DNA of 64,000 nt from Setoptus koraiensis (taxonomy: Eukaryota > Animalia > Arthropoda). Location: contig CM106585.1 in NCBI GenBank assembly GCA_048013815.1, positions 9,920,001 through 9,984,000 on the forward strand, in the 5' to 3' direction. Below, piece after piece: positions 38,079 to 52,200 of this stretch (position 1 is its first letter; every line of letters starts with the position of its first letter). A program made the position numbers and the translations under genes. Under the pieces are notes generated by a model. That model had not been told where the DNA came from. It did not search any database and saw only the letters and a program-made list of their open reading frames with translations.

Positions 38079-38311
38079 AATTAATTTCAATGATTTTCCA
38101 GTAGCATCACCACCACAACCAGCACACATAATAGTTTTCGATGTAGAAATTTGTGTTTGTCTCATTGTTTGGTTTTGTGCAAAGCGCGTGCGATTACTAG
38201 ATTGCTCATTTAAATTTGTTTGTTTGTGTTTTGGTTGTTAATTAGTTAGGTGGTGGTTAAGTGTGTGAATATGTGGTAATGTGAATATGTGTTAGAACAA
38301 TTATCAGATAA

Positions 38312-39862
38312 CTATTCTTTGATGGAACTAGACATACTGAGTCTTCTTGGCCTGGGCATATCGTATTCCTCCATGGATAGGGTGCGTCTCCGCTCGAGCA
38401 TGCGATGCGGTCTGATGTTGGGCACGGCGCCAATAGTGCCAGATTCTTCGTTAGAGCCCGTCGACGAGCCGGAAAAGGTGCGCTGGCGCTCGATGCCGGG
38501 CAACATGAGCGAGGTGAGAAAGCCGAGCCCCTGGACGCCAACGATGAGATGCGATTTCGGGTAAATGTGATTTTTCGGGCATTTCGGACATTTCGGACCG
38601 TTCGAATTTTGCGAATGTTCCAAATTTTTCGGATTTTTTGGATTTTCCCAATATTCCAAATTTTTTTCGGAATTTTCAAATGTTCCGGATTTTTCCGATT
38701 TTTTGAATGTTCCGAAAGCGTGCCACGGATATTGGGAGACAGAAGAGACAGGTTGACATTAGTTGGCGAAACGCAGATTTTCGGAGATATTCGGAGATAT
38801 GTGGACAATTATGAGGAGGCGCGGAATAAAATGATGCGCATGTAAACTCACCTTGACAAACAGCAGAATCGACTTGGCCAGCTTCTCGGGGGCCTCGGTG
38901 AGCACGTCCACTACGTGGTCCACCTTGAGGAAGGAGGTCTTCTCTTTGTCGCATTGGGCGAAATATTTCTGTGTTCCGTTGATGTAGGGCGATCGGGAGC
39001 CCGCCACCAGCAGAATATCCATGTCTTTTATTTGGGGCAACTCCTTTCTATTCATGTAGCTGATGGCGTAACGTTTTATATTTTTGGCATTCATCGAGTG
39101 AACCCGATTACTATATAGAGGCATCAATTGTTGTTGTTCGCTTTGCGGCGGCGGCGACGATTGTCCACTGCGGCCACTAGAGTCGCCTAGACGGTGCAAT
39201 TCGACAATGTTCTCCGCCGAGAACTCACTAAAACGTCTTTTGCCCGTGCTTATTTGTGACTTGAGCCTCTCTAAAACGCCCACTCCCATTGGGGCCAAAT
39301 GAATGAGTACTAGGCCGAGAACGCGCGAATGATGAGCGGCAGCAAAACGAACTAAAATGTTGGCTCCGGCGCCCTCGCCAATGCCAACTATGAGTTTGAT
39401 TTTGAGAAAATCCAGCACTTCCGCTAGAACACATTCGCCTATTGTCTTGATGGGAGGGAATTCAAAATCGTCGGGCAAGTCAGATTGATTATCTTGTTGG
39501 CCCATGAGGTCAACGTGAATGAAAACACTGCGCTGTTTAATGGCCGACATAATGGGATGTTCGGTGAATTCTAAGAATGAGCGCGCATTTGAGCCAATGT
39601 CGTGAACAGTTAGAAAGACCGACCTGTTCTCCACTTGTTCCAAATCGCCTTGAACGTGTGCAGTGACAGTACCGTATTTCGTTTCAATTGTTTTCGATTG
39701 CATGGGTACCTGCATTATGGAGTTTTGGCGCGACGGAGTGGACGGGCCCGTGCCCGGTTGCGAGCCGCCGCCGCCGCCGCCACTGGTCTGTTGCGGGCCA
39801 GCGCTGGCCGCTGGGGCCGTGGCTGGCGACTCGGGTGCCTTGCTGCTCTCTGAGGCTGCCAT
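38312..39862 (-). CDS. NDRG: NDRG-family (MESK2-like) non-catalytic alpha/beta-hydrolase-fold protein, about 409 aa; exons 39862-38852 and 38530-38312
   Basis: IETKYGTVTAHVQGD, FLTVHDIGSN, FIHVDLMGQ, FPPIK, VGIGEGAGANILVRFA, VLGLVL, LLVAGSRSPY, VLTEAPEKLAKSILLFVK|GLGF; C-terminal RTLSMEEYDMPRPRRLS. Donor AAG|gtgagt 38851, acceptor tccag|GGG 38531 (321-nt intron, phase 0). Start placed at ATG 39862; an upstream exon is possible. Confidence 0.93.
38560..38720. repeat. Degenerate roughly 9-bp-period repeat (ttttcgga-like) filling the NDRG intron
   Basis: atttcggac-atttcggac-cgttcgaat-tttgcgaat-gttccaaat-ttttcggat... recurring through the intron. Confidence 0.7.
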
Positions 39863-42800
39863 TTGGGTCAACAGAAGAGGTGGTAACAAAAGTCGGGATT
39901 GGTTCAATAGGTGCGTCGATGTGGCGAGTCGTTTGATCTGCTTATTTTGCTGCTTGCTGTGATTGCTTGTGCGAGCGAATGCGGGCGACTAGCGTCGTGC
40001 AATAACGATCTGTTTGTTTGGGCTGTCTGGTGGTAATATTTCGCTAATTTTAGCTATTTTCTCTTGCCGTATAGTTCGCTGTTGATGTTGTCTTTTTCGC
40101 GATATTTTCGGGCTATTTTCGGGCTATTTTCATGCTATTTTCGCGCTGTTTACGAGCTTTTTCGAGCCTTTTCGGGCTTCTGTTTCTAGGGGCGGAACAC
40201 GAATAATAACGATGGTCTCGCTTGACACTTGTTTCTTGTGGCGCTTCTACGTGGGTCGTTTGTCGCTGTAAAAGAATTGTTATTAGAGTATCAGTTGATT
40301 GTGTGTGCTGTTGTGCTGTCTCTCATTTGAATTTCGAATTCGTTCACCTTGCTTCGACTGCTGCTGCTGCTGTTGCTGTTGTGCAATCTTAGCTTCTATT
40401 TTTGTTGTTTGTTGTTTACGCTTGTTCGTTGTTGTTTACTATTGTCGACTATTATGTGCGTGCGTTTGTGTGAGTGTGAGTGTGTGCACTGCAGAGCATG
40501 AGTACATAGGGGCGCTCGCTGTGTGAGTCGCGAACGCAAAACTGAAGCAGCGCAAATTAGCCTGCACTGTGTGTTGTTGTGCTATTTTTTCACTCTCGTC
40601 GTCGTCGTCGTCGTCGTTGTGGCGATGGCCCATTACATAACATTATCCGGCACACATCATTCGATTGTTGTTGTTGTTGTCGTCGTTGTTGTTGCTGCTG
40701 CTGCTGCTACGTAGTAGTTGGCGCAACATCGCAATGCCATCCAGTTGTGGTGCCCAGAATAACAGCACTGGTGGTGTTGGCGTGACGCTTCGCTGCGCGA
40801 TTCTGCGCACCCAACGTGCCAAGTCGCCGTGGGTCCCCCTCCCCCCGCTGCCCCCCACTGCTGCGTGCTTTAAAACTAGCCAACTTTTGTTACGCAATCA
40901 AGCTGTGCCACACAAACCAACGCCAACGCCAACGCCAACAAGAGAGAGAGAGAGAGTTTCGACAGTGACAACATCCAGCAGCACACATAATATAATGTTA
41001 CGTAACGCACACAGTTTCTTTTCGCTGCTGCCACAGGGGCTGCTCACTTCTTTGCAGGCTGACTAGCCGACTGACTGGCTGGCTGGCTGGCTCGAATCGG
41101 CCCAATTCAATTCGCCATCGCTGTGAGTGTGCGTGTGTGTGTGTGTGTGTGTGTGTCCTCTGCGAGCTTCGCCCTTGTCTTGGTGGGCAAACTTCACTCA
41201 CTCTGGGCTGCATCGGCGCCCACTACTGGCCACGCTGTGCCCCTGTGGCTAGCACCCCTAGTGGCGGATATCGGCGGCGCCCTCATCCTGTTTTGCGTCG
41301 CAATAGTGGGCGCAAACGTTTTGCTATCCCGCCGTCATCCGCCTAGACAGACACTCACGGCGAGCCATTTGCATCTGGCTAGGCCAATGACCACGCCCTG
41401 GCCCCACTCGTGCCTCGCACTCAACAATTGACTAACTAACTCGTGCTTGCTCGTGTCGTTAGCTTGCCAGCTTGTCAGCCAGACGACAATTTGAATGGCC
41501 CGCTGGCTGGCTCAACGGAGAACGGAGCCAAATTGCCAAACTGTTTGCAGTACCTGGCGACCGTCAATGGCGTCGGTGGCGTCGGTGGCGTCGGTGGCGG
41601 CGTGCTCGTGGCACAACGTGCGCCAAACGGGCCCCAACGATCTCAATGGGGCGCCGACAAACAATGCAAATTGGGCGCTTCATTTATTATGCTTCGTTGC
41701 GGCCGCCGAGCTAGCGCGCCTACTTCATTGTGTGTGTTTGTCTATTATTTTTGCCGTTTGCCAGTTGTTTTCACCGCCGACAACAAATTGGCAGCAAGGT
41801 CAATTGACCAAAAACTGGCCCCCACTCGAGTAGTCACATACTTTTGGGCCATAAACGCCAACTGCGACGGATATCCGCAGGTGAATACGTGCCAATGGGC
41901 CAAGGTGAGGGCCTGAGTGGCGCGCACCGTAGCTCATCGTGCACGTGAAGACATGATAAGACACAAAAGATAGAAATCGTGTGAATTTGGCGTGAATCTT
42001 GATGATGGCACATTTACCTTCGGCACGGAGCACCATTCAGTGCAGATTGCTTTTTCGTGGATATCCACGCGTGCAAAACACAGTGGAAAGTGTGTTTGTT
42101 GGTGACTCAGCGGTGGCGAGACCCGAAAAAATGGCCAACAAAACTGATATTCATACAGACAGATATTTGTTGTGCGCTCTCGATAACATCTAGTTGATAC
42201 TCGGGCTGCAAGTGTGCATTTCTGTCTGCTCCAACTGCCCGAGGCCAACAAATATCGCTGACTACGACACACTGTGCACTACATATCGTCGCAGCGCCTC
42301 TACACTACACATTTTGTAATACGTTATGTTGTATAGAGGCGCTGCGAAGACGCTGTCGCCCCCGAAAGCAATGTGACACAAGCAACGGATACAGTTTTGC
42401 TGAGGCGCGCACCCGCACAGTAATTGCATTAGTAATTGTGGGCACAATATGGCTCTCGCGAACAACAGCAGCAACGAAACCGCCGGCCGAATTAACGGTA
42501 ATCTTTGTCACCTGTGCAACAGTGCACTATGGTGGCTAGACTCTGGTGGCTAGACGCTGGCGACTGAAAAAGAGTGTCGTGTCGGGCAAACAGACAATGC
42601 CGCTGCGGTGACCGGAAGGTGACAATTGCCGATGTTTTGTCGTGCGTTGTCTCTCGTCGCATAGTTTTGCTTTTCGTTGTACACGCACATGTCAAGACAC
42701 ACAGTGTATGAGAGCGGGGGAGAGAGCAATATTCGCGTGCAATATTAGTGCGTCTGTCGTTGAATTACGTCACACAAAGCCGAGTTGTGTGACGTAAGTG

Positions 42801-45800
42801 ATACGGCCACAACCCCCGCCAGTTGGCTAGACGGCGAAAGGGCGAACGAGACAAGATGCGGCTCAGTCAAGTGGCTGCACGACACTGTTTATTTGCATCG
42901 TATCGTATATTTTAAATTAAAACTCGAGCCCCTCGTGGCCGCGTCATCGATGAATAGTCAAGTGCATCTGGATCGGAAAATCGCACTTTTTAATAGAGCT
43001 GGCACGCGAGGGAGGCAAAGATGCCACCACTCTATTTTCGTTCCGATATTTTCTCGCACGCTCCCTTATCTCGGATGTGCAAGTTATCCGCGAGTTATCT
43101 GCGAGTTATCTGCGAGATGTCGCGCACAGCCCAAAAGATGTCGCAAGGCAGATATGTGTCGCACAGCCAAAATATGTTGCATCCAGCAGACAGACGGTTG
43201 AATAATAATAATAATAATAATACTTGTAATAGTAATAGTAATATCAAATTAAATATCTGCACTGCCACTGGCAATCTAATCAGTACGCGAACACAAAAGT
43301 GATTACTGCTTGTTGGCTATACCATGGGGTTAACATGGGCCCACATGGCCAGATCTAGCTTTGTAATGTCGATTGCAACAACGAGGCACACGACAGATAC
43401 CGAACACAGCGAGCGCCATACAAGTCACAAGTCAAAAGAATACAGCCGAGATTTTATAGTTAAGAGCTTGGCAAGGCCACCGTGTATTTGTCTAAGTGAT
43501 GCACACACACTGGGGATCATGCAAACATCCTTTGGGCAATTTCGTCTATTGCTGCCTGAATGCTGGCTGGCTAACAAACGTAGCTGTAAGTCTTTAACGA
43601 ACAAACAGCTACACACTTTAACATTTTATCCAATTATTAAGCGCTTCCCCCACCAACTGACTAGACTGTCTTACGTCTAGGCTACACACTAGTAACGCAA
43701 TAACGTTTTCAAATCGCTGCAAGTAGCCAAGCCAAAAATTTTGATACATAGTGAAACTCAATGCAATGTTTCTGTGACATGTCTAGACTACTTCCGGTTT
43801 CAACTTTTTATATCTGTTAGCACAAGCTATAAACTCTATCGACCAGGACCAAGTAGAAAGGGGTTTTCCAACGCTTATAATAACATATTTCCACTGACCA
43901 GAGGTCAGCCAACAAGAAATCCGGCTGTGTAATTAATTTCTGGTCAGCTGTAGATCTGCAATCAATCTTCACAAACTGGCAGAACAGTTGATGGTGCTCG
44001 TTCGAGTAGAAATTTTGCGTCTGAGAAATTCGTTTTGTCATCACCGAGAAGCTACAATTTGAATCTGAGTCAATCACAATGCGAGTAATCTTTCGAAAAG
44101 CTCTCGGACATGCCAGCAGAAATTAGTTGATTTAGTGATTCTCAGCGACAAATACCGAAGTTGAGTGTCTCAAATTATTCTGACTTTTTTTCAGCAAAAT
44201 GATGCTTCTTATCGGAGACGAAATTCTAGCGTAACACCATGCTGGAACGAAATGGTCTACAATTTACCAGTGGACTACTTAACTGGCCCTTTTGGAGCTA
44301 TCGATCTTCTATCCAGCTTAGTTATAGTCTAGAAACTGAATAAAGAGGCATTTTCTATCGGACGAAAAAAATTCAAGATGGCCGCAGAAAAAAAAAATCT
44401 AAATTTTCATAACTATGAAATCTCTCTAATTTTCTTCAAGATATTTACTGCCATTGATTTCATGAGAACTAATGATGGCCCTTGTCCCTTGTTACTAATC
44501 AATTGATAGATCAGGTACATTGTAAGATGGTGCCCTAATGAGAATGAGTGAATGCTGATTGACTCAAGCTCGCATTGTTGAGTTCAGTGAAACCCAATAC
44601 TATATTTGACTGACTGTGATAGATGAATCTTGTAGGCATCATCACCATTGTTGATTGTAATCAGCAGTGACATTTTGTCGTTTCAAGGTGACACATCTAA
44701 TCTGGTCCAGTGTTCCGCAACAATAGTTCAATTCAATTGTGTGTGTGTGTGTGTGTGTGTGTGCGCGTTACTATGGCCTATATACAAGTGTATCTTGCGA
44801 TTCTCTGGTCAGTTGGCGCCAATCTTCGATCTTGAAAATCATTGTAGTGAATCAATGAGTTTCGCTCAAGAAAGAGAGTTTTTTATCTTTGCAGGAATTT
44901 CGCTTCCTGAACCAATCGATCACCAGTTTCGATATACGCAGCCACGAACGCAATTATATTAGAGTCAATAAGACTGGTAGATGACTAGAAATGACAAGTT
45001 TGTTTCCGCTGCCACTGTCCGTTGCCGCTAATCGATGCTGATTCATGGATATTGATCCGATCATCATGATGTTTATTTGTTCATTTATTTTGTTAGCTGC
45101 TGTTGCCGTCTGTCTGTTTTTGCTCCGTCACAACGACAAAATCGCCATGGCAAGTCTCGCTTTATGGCACTATATTGCATCAAGACGGAGTGTAACAAAA
45201 ACAGCAATAACAGCAACAGCAGCAACAACAACAACAACAATGCTATTCGAATATCGAGTATTGGATATAAATACAGTGTTGGCCGGGTAAAAGTGACAAT
45301 TGTCGCGCAAAAAGCACCAAGTTGAGCGGCTTATCGAGTGGGGTAATCTCATTAATATTAATAGATGCCGAGTAGAGACGAGAACTCTACAATTCACCAA
45401 ATAATACTGTATATAAATCTATTATACAATCATGATTATGATTATATCTTAGTGTGTTTGTAAGTGATGGAACTCTAAAGAGAGATGATACAAGTAACAT
45501 AATGGCAATAGCATATATCCATAATACATGTAATAATCAGCCAAAGTGAACTCATCAAGCAAGCAGCAAAAAGAAACAAACAGCTTCTCAACTTTTTTCC
45601 CTCTATAATGTTTTTGTTTGGCTCGTTGAAACAGATTATTCATAAGTCCCCATCTTCATCACTACACGCTGCTCCTTCTTGTAAGTTATTAAAGGCGCTG
45701 GCAAGCCAAAATAACTGGCAAGACACTGGCACAAACAAGGAAGCTGATGATCGATAAGCGAGCAGTAATGTGTCCTGCCTTCAGTGGACTGAATAGTGCG

Positions 45801-48800
45801 CGCGCCAACAACTCGTGAATGTTGTTGACGAAAATAAATAATCTTGACAACAGCAGCAACAGCAACAACGACAACAACAACAACAACAACAACAGCGCCA
45901 ATATCCATTAACGGCAAGCTCCTCGCTTGTATCAGAACTGTGTACATGTAAACATAGACACATGTATAAAAAAACGAGTTAGGTAAGCTGGTGTCGCAGT
46001 GCTCGCCTATTTTCTCCTCAAAAATCCCATTCGCGCTAACTAGCGAACGTGCAATCACGCATCTGAATCTATTCATGGGGCCCAGCTAGTTGGCTTGCTG
46101 TTTGCGTTCTGCATTCGGATTGCAACACTATACATTTCGAGCACATACTACCAGACTATGGTCCACATATACTAGCGTGCGTGCGGACTGAAAGTGAACT
46201 TCGCAATCACAACAAAAAACGAAAAAACGCACGACCCAAGAAAAAGAAAGTCAATAGAAAGTGCTCCAGGTGATGGCCACAAATACGCGTTACATGCCGA
46301 CAGGTGAACCGGTTATTATTAGCATGACACTTCACCATATCGGCTGGACAACAAGATACATTTGATAGGGGCACGCAAAAAGAGCTTACAACTTCTCACA
46401 ATCTTATCTTATTTTTATCTCCTCTTGCATACTGTTCGTGTTGTCTAGTTATTAACAACAGCCTGGCGAGTTTTCAACCAACTGGAATCTCGTTCACGAG
46501 GCAAGCTTGCTGCCGACAGTCTCGATTTGAGCGACATTCTCCGAAAAAAAGGTCCTAGAGTGGTGGGCATTAGTCGTGGTAGTAAAGATTATAGCAAGCG
46601 CACGCCTTGATTAGTATTTATTTGGTACTAATTGAAAAAAACACCGGTACGCACGAAGTCTTTATCAAAGTTGGCACAATGTTGGCACGACAGTAAGCGT
46701 TTCCATCGCAAGCCCTTACTCTATTCCATGGAAAAAAGTAACTGTTCTCTTCTATCATTATACAGAAGTTGGCCGACGCCAGTTGAAAATGTACTCATGT
46801 TCGTGACAAGTCCAGTTTACAGGAATACTAGATTTTTTCTTTCTTTTTTTCTTCTGATTTTCCACTGGTCATTAGAAGAATCTTTCAATGTCAGATGCAG
46901 CTGCGGTGAATGCGATTGCTGGAATGCTTCACATCGGGCGACAAATATCGCTCAATATGACATAATGTGGACCTCTCACTCTAAACAAACACCTTTTCCT
47001 GCCGAAAAGACTATTCCGAAATAATGTATAGTGCTTTTCGTTACATTCATGAATATTCGGAGTGAATGCCTGAATGTATTTTGTTCGAATGAAATGATAT
47101 GGACGAAATTCGTAGTTTTTCGGGCCTCAGAAAAATATAGGTTTGTGAGCAACTCTTTTGCAGGATCTGCATATTAATATGATTTAGAAAAAAAAAAATT
47201 TAACATCCTCACTGATGTACGAATATAAATTGCGGGCGATCTGAGCGCCATCTAGCCACAATTATCAGCACCCAATAAATGATGTGCTATTTATTACTAT
47301 TTTCTCAATTAACCTGTCGACTTATTGGGCTACACAGATAGTATCTCAACCATTTTTCCTATCGAATTCGCGTTGGATTTCATTAGGCATGCTTTTTTTC
47401 ATCAACTTGTTTAGGTTTTTATTTGTACAATGTGAGATGAAAGCGCCCCCTTCAAGACATTTCGCCGAAACAATTTTCTCCCAACTTCGAGAGGAAAATT
47501 AAAAAATTGTCGCTGAATTTTTCTAATTTTTTTTTTCTAATGGTGATAGCATATAATTATAAATTTCTCTGGCGTAAATACAACAGTTTGCAGCATGGGA
47601 TAATAATGAAAATGAACGACGAGAATGCTGTCACAGCTAGACTGATGCAAGAATTCATTTAATGTCACTGGCGCTAGTGAGTGCGAACAATTTCCTGGCA
47701 GCTAATCAAGTGACAATGGGAGCATCACAAGCAATTACGTGGAGTTTAGCCTGGCAGCGCAACAATTCCAGCTGAGAGAGTGGGCAGAGAGATGGAGTGA
47801 AAAGTGCATAGTCATTACGAAGAATAACAATTATGGCAGCGTAATTATCTGATATAGCAGTTCCCGAGCTTGATCATTGTCACTGTGCGCATTGTCGCTC
47901 AACTGAATGAAAGAACATTCAAATGATGGGCTATAAATAATTGGAGAGCCATTTTTATGACCAGTGAGAATGACGCGAGCAAAGGTGCTGTTTTCATACT
48001 TTTGCACATATGCTTTCTTGAGACGCTAGATATTTCTCTGGTTAGACCCCACGACATGGCCTGAGCGTGAGACACAGAGACAAACATTTTGTGGCAAGCT
48101 CGTTTCATCTGGTTCCTCTCTCGGGTGTGGCCAGTCAGCACACGTTCGAACGATGTGATAATGGTGGGACAAAGAGCCCGTTTCTTTGTTAATTAGATTA
48201 GTGTGCGACATGTTGGAACGGCAACGATAGTGAAAAATGAAAACTGAGAAAAACTAACGGAAAAAAGCTAAATTAAAGCATGTAGTCGCACACAAGACTG
48301 TCAACTGGCGCACTATGTTGCACATTCATTGTGGGCCATTTTTCATCCGTCTCAGACTTGTCGAGGAAGTGGCGTCTCGGAGGTGGCGTATCATCGCAAT
48401 AGCGTTATCAGCATTATCATATATGCGACCAAGGCACTTTTACGTAATTCCAACCATCACACCAACAAAAAAAAAACGCTATAGACAGTGGGCCAAAACA
48501 ATCATAACACGAGCGATTGCGAGCTCGTGCACGATGGATATCCACGTAATCCATACTATTCATGTTGAGAGTTGCAACTGTGCAACTGTGATTTACACAT
48601 GTTATGTACATTTAATATTCGTGTCAGCGAGTGTGCAAATAGAAGAGTGCCGAGCTAAACAAAAATATCTAGTTATGCTTTGCGTGTTGCATTGCAAACA
48701 ATAATAAAAGTTTCGGATTGACTCCGACACGCCATAGTCGGCTCGATCATTTCTCAATCTTCCGCTACACAACATGTGACACAATAAGTGACAAAACGAA

Positions 48801-51800
48801 TTCGTTCAAACTAGAGGCTTCAATACGGTTTGCGCTGGACAGCGCCGGTGAATAGGTTAACCGGAAGCGAGGCTCGACTCTGTGTTGCTTCGCTGAGCGG
48901 TATCGCTCAGCGAAGGTATTGCTATAGTAACCCTTCTAGTTGGCGAGGTGTTCAAAGGGCATTCTTTCAAACTGTATCTGTTTGTTTATGTAATTGCGAG
49001 AGCTGTTTGTATTTCGTGCCATGGTGAGGCGTTCAAGCGATACCGTCGTGATGATGGCACAAACAAAACTCAATGCGATCTTATTGCGGTGCGCCACAAT
49101 CCGGTGTCTTGTTGCAGCAATTTGTTGTGCGGTCAACAACCGAACAGTTGAACATCGTTAGCTAATAATCAGCAAGAAAACGATGAACGATACAGGTTTG
49201 GCTCAAATCGCGCAAGTTCGTAACCATTGACAAATTTGCCCACGATTTTCGTTGCTCGTTGGCTCGTTATTTGCCGAGCGAACGCGCGTCTAACAGCGCC
49301 AAATAGTGCCGAGAACAACAAACATCACGCGATAAATGCAGCACCAACTAAAACGATTCCCTGCGGGGGCCCTGTGTTCGAAGTGGCCCGATTTCTATCC
49401 GTGCCAGTATCCACTAATGACAGTAGAGCCATTTGCAGTTTATATATCGTATGAACTCTAATGATTGTGTCCAGTTTGTGTTTGTATCAAGCTTGTGGCG
49501 CGAATCGCACAGCAGTTGGAAAAATGACACCGCCCGCCAGTGTCTATATCCCATCGGGCAGAAGCAACAACAACAACAACAGTTAAACAATTACACACAG
49601 CTTGTTTACAATGGACGACACTGGATAACGGTTGATTACGTGCAGCTTATCTTTTCTCATTATTATCTCTACCCGCGCACATTATTACTATGCCGTTGGA
49701 CTGTTGTGAGTGCACGGTAATTAGACGATAGTCGAGCGATTCACCTAGTAGTCGCTCACTACTAGTGACTCACTAGGCGAGATTTCAGTGAGCCGAGTGA
49801 ATAGTGAGCCTACACTCTCGAATGCTCGAGAATAGAGGCCCATCTTGAACAAAGTGGTCGAGATGAAACGCAAAGTTCAGGCTATGTTCGCGTGCATTTT
49901 CATAGAGGATCGTTGCCTCGGCAGGGCCTTAAAGCAGCTACGATCGAACCAAAAAACGAAAAAATGTCTAGAAAGGAAATTTCGGCGCCGATTGAGGTAC
50001 CCTGTAGAGGTGAGTTTCACTGTGAAACTTTCACATCGACAACAACAATAACTGTTATCTATCTATATTATCTATGTTGCCATGGCGACCGGCGCGATTT
50101 CACGCTACACAATGCGTCAATCATTATGTTTCGATCGGCGGTTCAATCAACATCTCGTCATTTCTCGGATTAACCAATGCGATCTGATTGAGAAATCTGA
50201 TTGCTGTCGGCGTTGTGGCCCATGTAGAAATGCCGACCAATCATCACCTTCTTGTTTGTTGCGTGCCTAAACTCTGATCCCCACCCTCTTACATTCGTAT
50301 CTCCATACATCCAAGTTTTCCGCCAGAATTTTCTATCTGCCTAGACAGTGTCTAGGGCTGAGATTTGCAGAAGCACCCGATTATAGGTACCCGCGCCGGT
50401 TGTCCCTTATCCTGTCTAGCCTGCTGGCGATGCATAGCGATTTATTTTGAGTTGCCCGACATTTCAAGTATTCGTTCCCGAAATCATAATGAATCTCGAA
50501 AATCAGGTGTCGTTCATTGGCGGAACAGGACGAAATGAGAAAATTCATTCGAATCTTGATCCCCGAGTTCAAACCATTGGAACATTTACCGAATCATGTA
50601 TGCTAGGTGAGTGAAGGTGAGGTGTTTCGGAGCGAAGCGGCGCATCAGATAAATTATAGGCACACATGTAAATAAATATCTATGGACTCGATAGTATTCA
50701 TACGCTTAATATATTGTCTGGGGCATTAAATTGTCAACTTTGCGCTTACTCGCCGCACATAATTACTGTTTTTATGAATAACCGAAAGTGTCCTTCGACA
50801 ATGGTGAGACAATTAAAATCTCATTGGCAATGAGTCATTGGCTTGTATAAGTATATATAAGTATAAATAACTAGTTATCGTATTCACTGCCAGTAGTATT
50901 CATGGCAAATAGTGAATATTCACACCATTAGATAAGGCTTGCAATCTTACTATGTATAGAGTGTGTAGCATAGACAGACAGATAGTCTAAATATCTGCAT
51001 AGTGTCTATTTATGTATCTGTTTTGCTCATTGCATGAAACGATAAGGCAGCGATATAGGAGTTGGTTGCTAGGCAACTATTGTTGGCAAAATTGCCATGC
51101 CTGCATATTACTGGCTTGCTCTCGAGGAGTCGGTTATTATCCGCTTGCTCGCTCGCCGTTGCTCGCTTGCCATATTATTGCGATTGCCATTTCTATACTA
51201 TTATATAGAGAGCAATGGTAGATATTTAATTTGTATATATAATGCACGGTTGCACAGCAGCGTTATTATTGTGTCGCCCACTGGCACACTGGCTCACCGG
51301 CTCACCGGCACACGAAATACCTATTACGTGGCATACCGATTACGCCATGGATGGGTCGTAATAAAAAATGTGCACCATCATGCATCGGGTGATAGTTAGA
51401 CAGGTGCAATGGTTGCAGCACTTGTCATTGGTGCGTATTTACTTTTGTTTCCATTGCCAACTGTGCCGACGCGACAGCGAAAGTCGTTATCTCGGGCCAT
51501 TCATCTTGAGATAACCACACAAGTAGATGTATAGCCCATTTAGACAGGCTATCAGGCAGCGGCGCAGCAACGCTTATCTTGTTAGTCGGTTAGTGTGTCG
51601 CTTGACATTCATTCTGACATTCGATTGGGCTGGCCAGATAAGGCGGCATTGCGACGAATTTGGCGCTGATTGGGTGAGCAAACATGTAGCCACATATCTG
51701 GCTATATCGTATGTGTTCGATTTGAATTATCCGCCGCACCGTTGCTGTGTTGCGGATAATTCGGAGCTTGCCGCCATCGAGCCGCCATCGAGTTGCCGTC

Positions 51801-52164
51801 GAGCTGCCTTCGAGCAGCCATTGGATGCCATTGGGTGCCATTGGGTGCCATTGGATGCAGTTTCGAGGTAAATGGCGCGCATGATGGCCGCTCGTTTGCG
51901 ACTAGCGACTCGATTCCACTAGGCGACTTGCATCAGCGACTTGATTCGGCGCTGCGAGGCGCTGCGAGTCGCAGCAACTCGCGACTTGCGACTCAAAATA
52001 TAAAATGTGTTTGTGTTAAATGACATGATGCATAGTAGACATTGCCGCCGACATGATGGCTGTTGCGCGGACCACAAGACGGTATATCACGCCACTAGCA
52101 TCGGCAAGCCACTGGCAGCGACGAGCCACTAGCAGCAGCAGCGACAATAATGACAATAACAACG

Positions 52165-52200
<36 letters not shown>

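Noticed and set aside
45045-46076. Short hydrophobic ORFs (81 aa plus, 146 aa minus) that look like small membrane proteins
   Set aside because: Hydrophobicity partly derives from GTT/CAA microsatellites and T-rich composition; no splice or homology support.
49997-50015. TACCCTGTAGA, matching the 5' end of miR-10
   Set aside because: The match stops after 11 nt and there is no hairpin context.
50510-50580. A-box/B-box-like motifs (TGGCGGAACAGG ... GTTCAAACC) suggesting a tRNA or SINE
   Set aside because: The T-stem and acceptor stem do not pair; no cloverleaf.
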